Shown: positions 44,030 through 52,204 of the stretch, in pieces
How the letters are laid out: the number at the start of each line of letters is the position of its first letter
Position numbering within the stretch: the stretch's first letter is position 1
Source: an uncultured Veillonellaceae bacterium
Lineage (GTDB): Bacteria; Bacillota; Negativicutes; Selenomonadales; Selenomonadaceae
Assembly: GCA_900316275.1 (NCBI GenBank)
Contig: ONCF01000022.1
Span: forward strand, 1,957 to 65,956
Reading direction: 5' to 3'
DNA: 64,000 bases
Notes under the pieces: model-generated
Told to the model about the DNA's origin: nothing
Database searches by the model: none
Seen by the model: the letters and a program-made list of their open reading frames with translations, nothing else
Made by a program: the position numbers and the translations under genes

Positions 44030-44695
44030 TTACATCACGCGGCGCGCACCGATGTAGCAGGAGCCCCAGTAGGAGCTGGACAGCGAATCGATGGAAACAC
44101 CACGGCTGGACGAAGCGTTGATGAAGTTTCCGTCACCGAGATAGATACCGACATGCGAAGCGCCCGCCTCATATGTAGAGAAGAACACCAGATCGCCTGC
44201 CATCAGTTCACTCGTCGGGACTGCGTAACCGCACTCGTACTGTGCATCCGCCGTGCGCGGCAGGTAAATGCCCGCCTTGGCGAAGACATAGCGCACATAA
44301 CCGGAGCAGTCGAAACCGCTCGGCGTCGTGCCACCGAATACATACGGCACACCGACATAGTTCATAGACTCAGAGACAACGGTCCGGGACATAGCGTTCA
44401 TGCTGTGCGTAACCACCGGCATGGACTTGCCCAGCAGCGCAGAATAGGTCGAAGCGCCAACCAAGCCATCAGCCTCCAAACCTCTAGCGGACTGGAACGC
44501 TTTGACAGCCTCCGTGGTCGCGGGACCGAAGTCGCCGTCAGCCGCCACATCATAGCCAAGGTTCTGCAACTGTCTCTGGATTTCCGCTACGTCAGTGCCC
44601 TGGTCACCCACATGGAAGGCAGACGCTGCTGCCACCACGGAAAACCAGCACATAAGGATGGTGGATAGTGTGATAATACGAATTGCTTTACTCAA
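44030..44695 (-). CDS. Secreted NlpC/P60 peptidoglycan endopeptidase with an N-terminal PG-binding domain
   Basis: Signal peptide (IITLSTILMCWFSVVAAASA), a PG_binding_1 repeat (LGYDVAADGDFGPATTEAVKAFQSARGLEADGLVG) and the NlpC/P60 core (PYVFGGTTPSGFDCSGYVRYVF...HVGIYLG). TTG start with a GAGAGGAG RBS. Confidence 0.9.
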   Translation of the reverse strand: MSKAIRIITLSTILMCWFSVVAAASAFHVGDQGTDVAEIQRQLQNLGYDVAADGDFGPATTEAVKAFQSARGLEADGLVGASTYSALLGKSMPVVTHSMNAMSRTVVSESMNYVGVPYVFGGTTPSGFDCSGYVRYVFAKAGIYLPRTADAQYECGYAVPTSELMAGDLVFFSTYEAGASHVGIYLGDGNFINASSSRGVSIDSLSSSYWGSCYIGARRVM

Positions 44696-44713
44696 AAAGC
44701 CACTCCTCTCTCT

Positions 44714-44860
44714 ATGCGCCTACGAGGTTAGCTGCCGGGTTAGGGTAGAAAGGACCACCCCCGCTGATTTCGCCATGAACAGATGCTACCACCTGCACCG
44801 CGAGCAAAGCGCTCACCCCAAAAACTTGGTTCCCCCGCTCCTGGGCTGGATTAGGCTTGT
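44714..44860 (-). promoter_or_regulatory. c-di-AMP riboswitch (ydaO/yuaA class) in the leader of the NlpC/P60 gene
   Basis: The minus strand carries the class hallmarks: CCUAAUC...GGAGCGGGGGAACCAA...UUGGGGUGA ... GCGGGGGUGG ... ACCCUAACCCGGCAGCUAACCUCGUAGGCG. It ends about 19 nt before the start codon. Confidence 0.85.
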
Positions 44861-44861
44861 T

Positions 44862-44893
44862 TATATATAACCCAATTTCTTGCTGCCTGTCTC
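44862..44893 (-). promoter_or_regulatory. Candidate promoter for the riboswitch and NlpC/P60 transcript
   Basis: The minus strand reads GAGACA (44893-88), 17-18 nt of spacer, then TTATATATAA (44870-61), directly upstream of the riboswitch 5' end. Confidence 0.4.
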
Positions 44894-44959
44894 TGCCCAA
44901 CTGGTATTAATGCGGCTTCCTGCGTCCGCTTCCAGCTTGTTTTCAGATTGAAGCAGCTT

Positions 44960-44988
44960 ATGAAAACAGGCTGCGATTTAGGCAGCCT
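44960..44988 (-). terminator. Intrinsic terminator after rnpB
   Basis: Minus-strand RNA AGGCUGC-cuaaauc-GCAGCCU (44988-82 with 44974-68) is followed by GUUUUC. Confidence 0.65.
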
Positions 44989-45008
44989 CATTCATAACAA
45001 AGTAAGTC

Positions 45009-45379
45009 GATATAAGCAATCAATAAGCCGAGTTCTGTGCCGCCCGCAGGCGGTGACAATCATTTATCTAGGCACGGCAGTTACCTGCCGGCTCAAGCGA
45101 CGCAACCCGGAAGGTCCGCGGGCCGCATCATACCTTCCCTATTTGGTCTTGCTCCGTGTGGGGTTTACCCAGCCAGCCAGTCACCTGACTGCTGGTGCGC
45201 TCTTACCGCACCTTTCCACCCTTACCTGACCTGTTTGCATAGGCAGGCGGTCTCAATCTCTATGGCACTTTCCCTAAGGTTGCCCTCGCTGGACGTTATC
45301 CAGCACACTGCCCTGTGGAGCCCGGACTTTCCTCATCTGTCCTGTTTGGACAGCCGCGATTGTCCTGACGACTTATATC
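45009..45379 (-). ncRNA. rnpB: RNase P RNA, bacterial type A
   Basis: The minus strand contains GAGGAAAGUCCGGGCUCCACAGGGCAG, GGUAAGGGUGGAAAGGUGCGGUAAGAGCGCACC and ACAGAACUCGGCUUAU, all near-identical to the E. coli M1 RNA universal core. The terminal P1 pairing is GAUAUAAGUCGUCA with UGAUUGCUUAUAUC. Confidence 0.95.
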
Positions 45380-45389
45380 AACAATGAGT

Positions 45390-45419
45390 AGTATAGCACA
45401 TTTAGTAGGTCACTGTCAA
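45390..45419 (-). promoter_or_regulatory. Sigma-A promoter of rnpB
   Basis: The minus strand reads TTGACA (45419-14), 18 nt of spacer, then TATACT (45395-90), placing the TSS a few nt before the P1 helix. Confidence 0.8.
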
Positions 45420-45599
45420 ATCAGGTGCTAAATATGGGACTATGGGCGTAGTTACAGGCTTTAGCACACTTTTTCTGTAAGCCTGTGTTAAAAAAGGGCA
45501 GCTGTCCTTTCCTTCTAGTTTGTTATCGTTTATAATAGGCTTATCCCGTTTAGGGAAAGGCAAAGTTAGCAGTTTATTTGTGAGAAAGAGGGATTTTTC

Positions 45600-46310
45600 A
45601 TGGCAACTCCACATATCGGTGCTGAAAAAGGCGACATCGCTGAGCGCATCCTGCTCCCCGGCGATCCGCTGCGCGCGAAATTCGTCGCGGAGAACTTTTT
45701 AGACAGCCCGAAGCTCTACACGAGCGTGCGCAACATCCTGGGCTACACGGGCACGTACAAAGGCGTCCCCGTCTCGGTGCAGGGCACGGGCATGGGCATT
45801 CCGTCCATCTCCATCTACGTGCATGAGCTCATTCACGAATTCGGCTGCAAAAAGCTCATCCGCATCGGCACCTGCGGCGGCATGCACAAGAACGTGCATC
45901 TGCGCGACGTGCTCATCGCGCAGGGCGCCACGACCGACTCCTCCATCATGCGCAGCATCTTTGGCCCGGTCATCAACTACGCACCGCTCGCCGACTACAG
46001 CCTGCTGGAGAAAGCCGTTGCCAGCGCACGTGCGCTGAAGCTGCCCGTGACGGTCGGCAACATCTTCTCCGCCGACCGCTTCTACGATGACGACGTCGAC
46101 AGCGACCGTCTGCGCCGCTACGGCGTGCTCGCCGTCGAGATGGAGACGGCCGCCCTCTACACGCTGGCTGCTGAGGCCAACGTCCAGGCGCTGGGCATCT
46201 TCACGGTCAGCGACCACCTGCTGACGGGCGAGGCCTGCACGGCCGAGGAGCGCCAGACAACGTTCCAGGACATGATGAAAATCGCCCTCGAGACGGTCAT
46301 CGCCGACTAA
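45600..46310 (+). CDS. deoD: Purine nucleoside phosphorylase, DeoD type
   Basis: 236 aa; MATPHIGAEKGDIAERILLPGDPLRAKFVAENFL...VSVQGTGMGIPSISIY...EMETAALY is the DeoD family signature. Confidence 0.96.
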   Translation: MATPHIGAEKGDIAERILLPGDPLRAKFVAENFLDSPKLYTSVRNILGYTGTYKGVPVSVQGTGMGIPSISIYVHELIHEFGCKKLIRIGTCGGMHKNVHLRDVLIAQGATTDSSIMRSIFGPVINYAPLADYSLLEKAVASARALKLPVTVGNIFSADRFYDDDVDSDRLRRYGVLAVEMETAALYTLAAEANVQALGIFTVSDHLLTGEACTAEERQTTFQDMMKIALETVIAD

Positions 46311-46332
46311 ACGGTCGACATAGCAGACAGAC

Positions 46333-46378
46333 AAAAAGGACTGCGTTCCCTGCCCGGCAGGTGACGCAGTCCTTTTAA
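46333..46378. terminator. Bidirectional terminator between deoD and the GGDEF gene
   Basis: A 12-bp stem, aaaggactgcgt (46335-46) with acgcagtccttt (46364-75), has A/T runs on both sides. Confidence 0.8.
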
Positions 46379-46441
46379 CGTGAATTTTCTTGTTAGTAGC
46401 ATTGCCGCGCCAGCGATGACTGCTGTAATCCCAGCCGACCC

Positions 46442-47605
46442 TCAGGTATCAATGATAGCTTCCGGGCCGACGATGCGGGTGCGGGTGGCTTTTTTGCCGC
46501 GGTAAAGGTTGCCGTCGGCGGCGTCGATGAGCGAGAGCATGTCGCCGATGTCTGTCGGCTCGCCGAAGCAGTAGCCCACGGTGATGTAGATAGGCTCCGC
46601 GACGCCCTCCAGCTGGAGCTCAGCGATGCGCTGGCGCAGCAGAAACAAACGCTCGACAAACTGAGCGGCCGGCAAATGCGTGATGATGACGAATTCGTCA
46701 CCACCGTAGCGGTAGCACTGCTCGGGGAACAACTTGTTGAGCTCCAGGCCGCAGTGGTGGATGACATCGTCGCCGCGCTGGTGGCCGTAGACGTCGTTGA
46801 AGCGCTTGAACTTGTCGATGTCCAGCATGGCGACGGCCACGCGCCCCTGACACATGCGCTGTGCGTCGAGGCGCAGGCCACTGCGGTTCTTGATGGTCGA
46901 GAGCGCGTCGTAGGTGCCGATCCCCTTCCAGAGCACCGTATCCGCACGGTTCAGCACGAAGGAGGCCACGAGGATGAGGATGACGGCCACAAAATTCGAG
47001 GCCTTGAAATACGGATGCTCAAAGTCGAGATAGTAGGCCACCATGTAGCAGCAGCCGAGGCCAATGAGCCAGTAGAAATTCACGCCCAGCGTCTGGCGGT
47101 GGCGCAGGATGCTCACGAGGCTGCCGCCGAGATAAAGCAACGTATAGCCGAACATAAGGCCATACCACGGCCCGCGCACATAGTAGCCGCCCGGCAGCAG
47201 GTTGAAAATGTGGCTGCGCCAAAGGGGCACCAGCAGCATCATGCCGAGTGCCACCAGCGGCACGGTCATGAGCACACGCTCCAGGCGCGTAAAATGGCGT
47301 TGCGGGTGGCTGTAAAAACCGATGAACACATAGACGAGCATGAGCGTCAGCGCATGCGTGAACTGCTCGCCGCAGTTGATGGCCAACGCGATATCATAGT
47401 TAAACAGCTGGCTGTTGTTGCGCATCATGAGCGCAAGAAACTCCAGCAGGCAGGAGCTGAAGGCCACGCAGATGAGCACCATGAGCGCAATATCGGCCCG
47501 GCCGCGGTTCTTGTTCAGATAGACCTGGAAGAACAGCAGCACCAGCAGCACCGCCATAGCCGACAAATCAAAATTTACATTGTAACGTCCCAGCGGATAA
47601 AGCAT
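46442..47605 (-). CDS. Membrane-bound diguanylate cyclase (polytopic N-terminal domain plus GGDEF)
   Basis: About 6-7 hydrophobic helices followed by VAMLDIDKFKRFNDVYGHQRGDDVI...RYGGDEFVII. A GGGGGGAGAG RBS precedes ATG 47605; the longer track start at 47692 runs into the upstream terminator. Confidence 0.88.
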   Translation of the reverse strand: MLYPLGRYNVNFDLSAMAVLLVLLFFQVYLNKNRGRADIALMVLICVAFSSCLLEFLALMMRNNSQLFNYDIALAINCGEQFTHALTLMLVYVFIGFYSHPQRHFTRLERVLMTVPLVALGMMLLVPLWRSHIFNLLPGGYYVRGPWYGLMFGYTLLYLGGSLVSILRHRQTLGVNFYWLIGLGCCYMVAYYLDFEHPYFKASNFVAVILILVASFVLNRADTVLWKGIGTYDALSTIKNRSGLRLDAQRMCQGRVAVAMLDIDKFKRFNDVYGHQRGDDVIHHCGLELNKLFPEQCYRYGGDEFVIITHLPAAQFVERLFLLRQRIAELQLEGVAEPIYITVGYCFGEPTDIGDMLSLIDAADGNLYRGKKATRTRIVGPEAIIDT

Positions 47606-47679
47606 AACTCTCCCCCCTTGGGGGCAGTATTCCACATTTCCCTGCTTAATTCCTGCAAGATTTAGTAAATATTGTACAC

Positions 47680-47722
47680 TAAAAGACACCACCCATACAT
47701 TTTTCTGTGTACAGGTGGTGTC
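47680..47722 (-). terminator. Intrinsic terminator after the aminopeptidase gene
   Basis: A 10-bp stem, AGACACCACC/GGUGGUGUCU (47722-13 with 47693-84), is followed by UUUUAG. Confidence 0.75.
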
Positions 47723-47747
47723 TCACTATTGACAGCTGTGTGCTGGC

Positions 47748-49139
47748 TCAGGCCTCCTGCAGGAACGCTGTGTAGCCTTTTTTCGTCTCGTAGACGTCGA
47801 CCTTGCTCGTGGCCTCCCAGGGCGCGTGCATGCTGAGCACGCCCACGCCGCTGTCGATGACCTGCATGCCATAGAGGCTCATGATATAGGCAATCGTGCC
47901 GCCGCCGCCGAGGTCGACCTTGCCGAGCTCCGCGAGCTGGAAATGCACGTGATGCTTATCGAGGATGCGGCGGATTTCGCCGAGGTACTCCGCATTGGCG
48001 TCGTTCGAGCCCGACTTGCCACGCGCGCCCGTGAACTTGTTGAAGACCATGCCGCGGCCGAGGTAGGCCACGTTCTTTTTGTCGTAGGACTCCGCATAGA
48101 GCGCATCGTAGGCGCTGGAAACGTCGGACGAGAGCATTTTCGAGTTGGCCAGCATGCGGCGCAGGCCGAGCTCGCTGTAGACGCCGCAGGCGTTCATGAG
48201 CTCCGCGCACGTGTTCTCGAAGAAATGCGACTGCATGCCCGTGGCGCCGACGCTGCCGATTTCCTCCTTGTCGACGAGCAGGCAGCAGGCCGTGCGGCGC
48301 TGGTGCTCCGTCTCCAGCATGGCCACAAGGCTCGTGTAGGCGCAGACGCGGTCGTCCTGGCCGTAGGCGAGAATCATGCTGCGGTCAAAGCCGAGGTCGC
48401 GCGCCGCGCCCGCCGGCACGAGCACGAGCTCCGCCGAGAGGAAGTCATCCTCCGCGATACCGTATTTATCCTGCAGCAGTTTCAGCACGCCGCCCTTCAC
48501 GGCCTCTTTGTCCTTGCCCTTCAGCGGGTAGTTGCCCACGAGCACGTCGAGTTTCTCGCCCTCGACGACCTTCGCACCGTTCTTTTTCAGCTGCTCTGCC
48601 GAGAGGTGGATGAGCAAATCCGTCACGCAGAACACGGGGTCGTCCGCGTCCTCGCCGATGCGCACCTCCACGGTCGTGCCATCCTTCTTCGCGACCATAC
48701 CGTGCATAGCCAGCGGCAGCGTCACCCACTGGTATTTCTTGATGCCACCGTAGTAATGCGTATCGAGGTAGGCAAGACCGCCGTCCTCGTACAGCGGGTT
48801 CTGCTTGACATCGAGACGGCAGGTGTCGATATGCGCGCCGAGGATGGTCAGGCCCTGCTCCAGCGGCTCGTCGCCGATGTTAAAGAGCGCGACGGCCTTG
48901 TGCATGTTCACGGCATAGACCTTGTCGCCCGGCTGCAGTTTTTCGCCTTTGGCTATGATGTCCTGCAGATTGCGGTAACCCGCGATTTCCGCCAGCCGCA
49001 CGGCCTCCGCCGCGCTCTCGCGCTCCGTCTTACAACGCGTCAAAAACGCCTTGTACCCGTCGCACAGCGTCTCCAAAGCCTGCTTTTCGCTCTCACTGTA
49101 CTGGTTCCAAACCGGAACCTTCTTCTCTTTCTCAGCCAT
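47748..49139 (-). CDS. M18-family aminopeptidase
   Basis: 463 aa; ...LTILGAHIDTCRLDVKQNPLYEDGGLAYLDTHYYGGIKKYQW... and the C-terminal GGGGTIAY...SMHAPWE are typical of M18 (aspartyl/aminopeptidase 1) enzymes. Confidence 0.88.
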   Translation of the reverse strand: MAEKEKKVPVWNQYSESEKQALETLCDGYKAFLTRCKTERESAAEAVRLAEIAGYRNLQDIIAKGEKLQPGDKVYAVNMHKAVALFNIGDEPLEQGLTILGAHIDTCRLDVKQNPLYEDGGLAYLDTHYYGGIKKYQWVTLPLAMHGMVAKKDGTTVEVRIGEDADDPVFCVTDLLIHLSAEQLKKNGAKVVEGEKLDVLVGNYPLKGKDKEAVKGGVLKLLQDKYGIAEDDFLSAELVLVPAGAARDLGFDRSMILAYGQDDRVCAYTSLVAMLETEHQRRTACCLLVDKEEIGSVGATGMQSHFFENTCAELMNACGVYSELGLRRMLANSKMLSSDVSSAYDALYAESYDKKNVAYLGRGMVFNKFTGARGKSGSNDANAEYLGEIRRILDKHHVHFQLAELGKVDLGGGGTIAYIMSLYGMQVIDSGVGVLSMHAPWEATSKVDVYETKKGYTAFLQEA

Positions 49140-49205
49140 AATTGAACGTCCTTTCTATATGGAAAAATGAAAAATATGCACAAAAAGTGTCAGGAACAAA
49201 CGCTC

Positions 49206-50222
49206 TCAACTCCCAACTCTCAACTCTTTATCTTCACCATCTACGAGATCTACGAGCATTTTCTTCAGTATATTTATAAAATCTTCTCTGGTGCTCGCCC
49301 GGTTGAAGCTGTCCCGCAGCCTTGCCCCATGCGTGAGCCCGCGCGTATACCACGCCGCGTGCTTGCGCATCTCGCGGATGCCCACGTACTCGCCCTTGTC
49401 AGCGAGCAGCAAATCGAGGTGGCGCTGCATAACGGCCACGCGCTCCGCGAGCGTCGGCCCCGGCAGGCGCTCACCTGTGCGCAGGTAGTGTGTGAACTGG
49501 CGGAACAGCCAGGGATTGCCCTGCGCTGCCCGGCCAATCATCACGCCGTCTGCGCCCGTCCGGGTGAAGATCGCGTCTAGGTCGTCATAGGTACGCACGT
49601 CGCCGTTCGCGATGACCGGGATATGCACGGCCTGCTTCACGGCCGCGATGGCCGTCCAGTCGGCCTGGCCCATATAGAACTGCTCGCGCGTGCGGCCGTG
49701 CACCGTGATGGCCTCCACGCCAGTCGCCTCAGCCATTTTAGCCACTTCGACGACGTTTTTATGCGCGTCGTCCCAGCCCAGCCGCATTTTCACGGTAAAG
49801 GGCATCTTGATGGCCTTGCGGATGGCTTTTAAAATAGCCTCAGCCCGCTCCGGCTCGCGCATGAGCGCCGAGCCCTCGCCGTTCTTGACGATTTTCGGCG
49901 CGGGGCAGCCCATGTTGAAATCGAGGATATCCGCCGTGCCGAGACTCTCCACATAGGCCGCCGCCTCGGCCGCCATAGCGGGGTCATTGGCGAAAATCTG
50001 CATGGCGAGCGGCCTTTCCGCCGCCCGCGACCGCAGCATGACCAGCGTGTGACTATTGCGGAAATGGATGCCCGTGCTGCTGACCATCTCGGCGTAACAG
50101 AGCGGGCAGCCCATATCGTGGGCGATGATGCGGTATGACGTGTCCGTGACGCCGGCCATGGGCGCGAGGAACACGGGCGCATCAAACGTGAAGCCGCCCA
50201 GCTGTAGAGGTTTTACATTCAT
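49206..50222 (-). CDS. dusB: tRNA-dihydrouridine synthase (DusB-like)
   Basis: 338-aa TIM barrel with LAPMAGVTD...NMGCPAPKIVK...TVHGRTREQ motifs. Confidence 0.93.
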   Translation of the reverse strand: MNVKPLQLGGFTFDAPVFLAPMAGVTDTSYRIIAHDMGCPLCYAEMVSSTGIHFRNSHTLVMLRSRAAERPLAMQIFANDPAMAAEAAAYVESLGTADILDFNMGCPAPKIVKNGEGSALMREPERAEAILKAIRKAIKMPFTVKMRLGWDDAHKNVVEVAKMAEATGVEAITVHGRTREQFYMGQADWTAIAAVKQAVHIPVIANGDVRTYDDLDAIFTRTGADGVMIGRAAQGNPWLFRQFTHYLRTGERLPGPTLAERVAVMQRHLDLLLADKGEYVGIREMRKHAAWYTRGLTHGARLRDSFNRASTREDFINILKKMLVDLVDGEDKELRVGS

Positions 50223-51013
50223 GCCTGGGCGTTCCTTTCGCGATGCTTGTCCTCGTTGCGCTCATAGACGGCCCGCAGCCCCGTGAGCGTGAGAAAATGG
50301 TCCACCTTGTCTATCGTCTGCGACTCGCGCGCAATCATGCGGGCGAGGCCACCCGTCGCAATAACGCGCATGGGTTTGCCGTACTCGGCCTTGATACGCC
50401 GCACAATGGCATCAATCTGCCCCACAAAGCCGAAGATGATGCCCGCCTGCATGCCCTGAATCGTGCTGCGGCAGATGACCTGTTTTGGCGTCACGAGCTC
50501 GATGCGCGGCAGCTGCGCCGCACTCTGGAACAGCGCGTCCGCACTCGTGCCGATGCCCGGCGCGATGACGCCGCCAAGGAAATCGCCCTCCTCGCCCACG
50601 ACGTCAAACGTCGTCGCCGTGCCGATGTCGATGACGATGAGCGAGCCGCCGTACTGCTCGTAGGCACCCACGACGTTGACGATGCGGTCGGCACCGATGG
50701 CGCGCGGGTTCTCGTAGTGCAGGCGGATGCCCGTGCGGATACCCGGCCCCACGAGCAGCGGATGGATGTGGAAATAACGCTCGCACATTTTCACCATGGG
50801 CACGACGAGCGGCGGCACGACGGAGGAAATGATAATCGCGTGGATATCCGTCATGTTGATGCCCTGATAGGCAAACAGGCTGTTCATGAGCATGCCGTAC
50901 TCGTCGCCCGTCTTCTGCCGGTCCGTCGAGATACGCCAATGGCGCACGAGCGTCTTACCTTCATAGGTGCCGAGCACGATGTTGCTGTTGCCAATATCTA
51001 AAACCAGTAACAA
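50219..51013 (-). CDS. coaX: Type III pantothenate kinase
   Basis: MLLVLDIGNSNIVLG... and ...IDIGTATTFD..., 264 aa. It overlaps dusB by 4 nt. Confidence 0.94.
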   Translation of the reverse strand: MLLVLDIGNSNIVLGTYEGKTLVRHWRISTDRQKTGDEYGMLMNSLFAYQGINMTDIHAIIISSVVPPLVVPMVKMCERYFHIHPLLVGPGIRTGIRLHYENPRAIGADRIVNVVGAYEQYGGSLIVIDIGTATTFDVVGEEGDFLGGVIAPGIGTSADALFQSAAQLPRIELVTPKQVICRSTIQGMQAGIIFGFVGQIDAIVRRIKAEYGKPMRVIATGGLARMIARESQTIDKVDHFLTLTGLRAVYERNEDKHRERNAQA

Positions 51014-51030
51014 AAGTGTTGCCTCCTGTA

Positions 51031-52029
51031 CTATTTTGCTGCGGCTTCATGCGGCCGGATGGACACATCGCCCGCCAGCACGCGGCGCCGCCCCGTCGGC
51101 GTATCCACGAGCAGGGCGCCGTAGTCGTCGATGTCGACGGCCGTACCCGTAAACGTCGCGTCCACGGCCTCGTTCATGCCGATGACGCGCACCGGCTGCC
51201 CCAGCGTCACGCTGTCACGCCGCCAGACGTCGAGGATGGGCGCAAAGCCCGCCGTGCGCACCTGCTTGAGCAGACGCTCCAGCTCGTTGAGCAGCGTGGC
51301 CGCGAAATGCACACGGTTCACCGGCTGCCCCGTGGCCAGCTGCAGGGACGTGGCCTTATCGCGCACTTCGGACGGGAACTCCTCGGCCGTCGTATTCACG
51401 TTGACGCCGATGCCGATGACGATGTAGTTAATGCACTCCATAGCCGCGCTCATCTCCGTGAGGATGCCCGTGGTCTTCTTGCCGTCGATGAGGATATCAT
51501 TCGGCCATTTGATGCCGGCCGTGACGCCGCACGCGCGCATAGCCTCGACGACGGCCACGGCTGCGAGCAGCGTGAACTGCGGTGCCTCCTGCGGCAGTGC
51601 GTACTGCGGGCGCAGGATGACGGAGAGCAGCACGCCCTTGTGGCGCGGCGAAAACCAGCCGCGCGCGAGGCGGCCGTGGCCGTCGCCCTGGAACTCCGTG
51701 ACGACGACCGTGCCGTCCGCCGCGCCCGCCGCCGCCAGTTTCTTCGCATCCTCATTCGTGGACTGTGTCTCATCGCTGTAGACGATGTGCCGCCCCACGA
51801 CCTCCGTCGTGAGCTGGCGCTCAATCTCCGCTGGCAGCAGCAGGTCAGGCGTCTCCCGCAGGTGGTAGCCGTTGCGGCTGCGGCTCTCGATGTCGTAGCC
51901 CGCCTCGCGCAGCTCCTGGATATGTTTCCACACCGCCGTGCGCGAGACGCCGAGCCGCGCGGCGATTTCCTCGCCTGAGACATAGCCGTCCCCCGCCGTG
52001 CGCAGAAGCTCCAAAATATCTGTACGCAA
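51031..52029 (-). CDS. birA: Bifunctional biotin-protein ligase and biotin operon repressor BirA
   Basis: N-terminal wHTH (YVSGEEIAARLGVSRTAVWKHIQELREAGYDIES), ligase core (GRLARGWFSP, KWPNDI). TTG start with an AAGGAGG RBS. Confidence 0.93.
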   Translation of the reverse strand: MRTDILELLRTAGDGYVSGEEIAARLGVSRTAVWKHIQELREAGYDIESRSRNGYHLRETPDLLLPAEIERQLTTEVVGRHIVYSDETQSTNEDAKKLAAAGAADGTVVVTEFQGDGHGRLARGWFSPRHKGVLLSVILRPQYALPQEAPQFTLLAAVAVVEAMRACGVTAGIKWPNDILIDGKKTTGILTEMSAAMECINYIVIGIGVNVNTTAEEFPSEVRDKATSLQLATGQPVNRVHFAATLLNELERLLKQVRTAGFAPILDVWRRDSVTLGQPVRVIGMNEAVDATFTGTAVDIDDYGALLVDTPTGRRRVLAGDVSIRPHEAAAK

Positions 52030-52088
52030 ATGATCCTGCCTCCTTGGCTTTTGGTCAACCTGTAAGCATGATTTACAAAACCTTTCCC

Positions 52089-52117
52089 ATTATAGCATAA
52101 CTGCAGGGAAACAACAA
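52089..52117 (-). promoter_or_regulatory. Candidate sigma-A promoter of birA-coaX-dusB
   Basis: The minus strand reads TTGTTG (52117-12), 17 nt of spacer, then TATAAT (52094-89). Confidence 0.4.
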
Positions 52118-52196
52118 AAAAAGACACCCCCAGTCGCCTGACGGCGACAGCCCCCTCTGCGGAGGGAGGTGGCCCGACAGGGCCGGAGGGTGTCTT
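52112..52196 (-). terminator. Branched (cloverleaf-like) GC-rich terminator after ftsH
   Basis: An outer 9-11 bp stem (52121-29 with 52188-96) encloses three 5-7 bp hairpins with tetraloops (52133-48, 52151-69, 52171-84). A U7 run follows on the minus strand. Confidence 0.7.
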
Positions 52197-52204
52197 GCGT
52201 TTAT

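Noticed and set aside
44948-45387. ORFs 44948-45229 and 45037-45387 (+), and 45402-45614 (-)
   Set aside because: The first two overlap the RNase P RNA gene, whose universal core motifs are present on the opposite strand. The third lies in the rnpB/deoD promoter spacer and has neither an RBS nor codon bias.
45451-45488. An 8-bp hairpin, ACAGGCTT...AAGCCTGT, in the rnpB-deoD spacer as a terminator or riboswitch for deoD
   Set aside because: It is not followed by a T-run on either strand. It lies upstream of the only -10-like element for deoD (TATAAT at 45531-36). There is no recognisable purine riboswitch core.
52040-52085. A possible BirA operator (TTGTAAATC ... GGTTGACCAA) between the birA -10 element and its RBS
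   Set aside because: The half-sites are imperfect, and the spacing of about 9-11 nt does not match the roughly 14-16 nt spacing of Firmicute TGTWAAC/GTTWACA bioO sites as I remember them.
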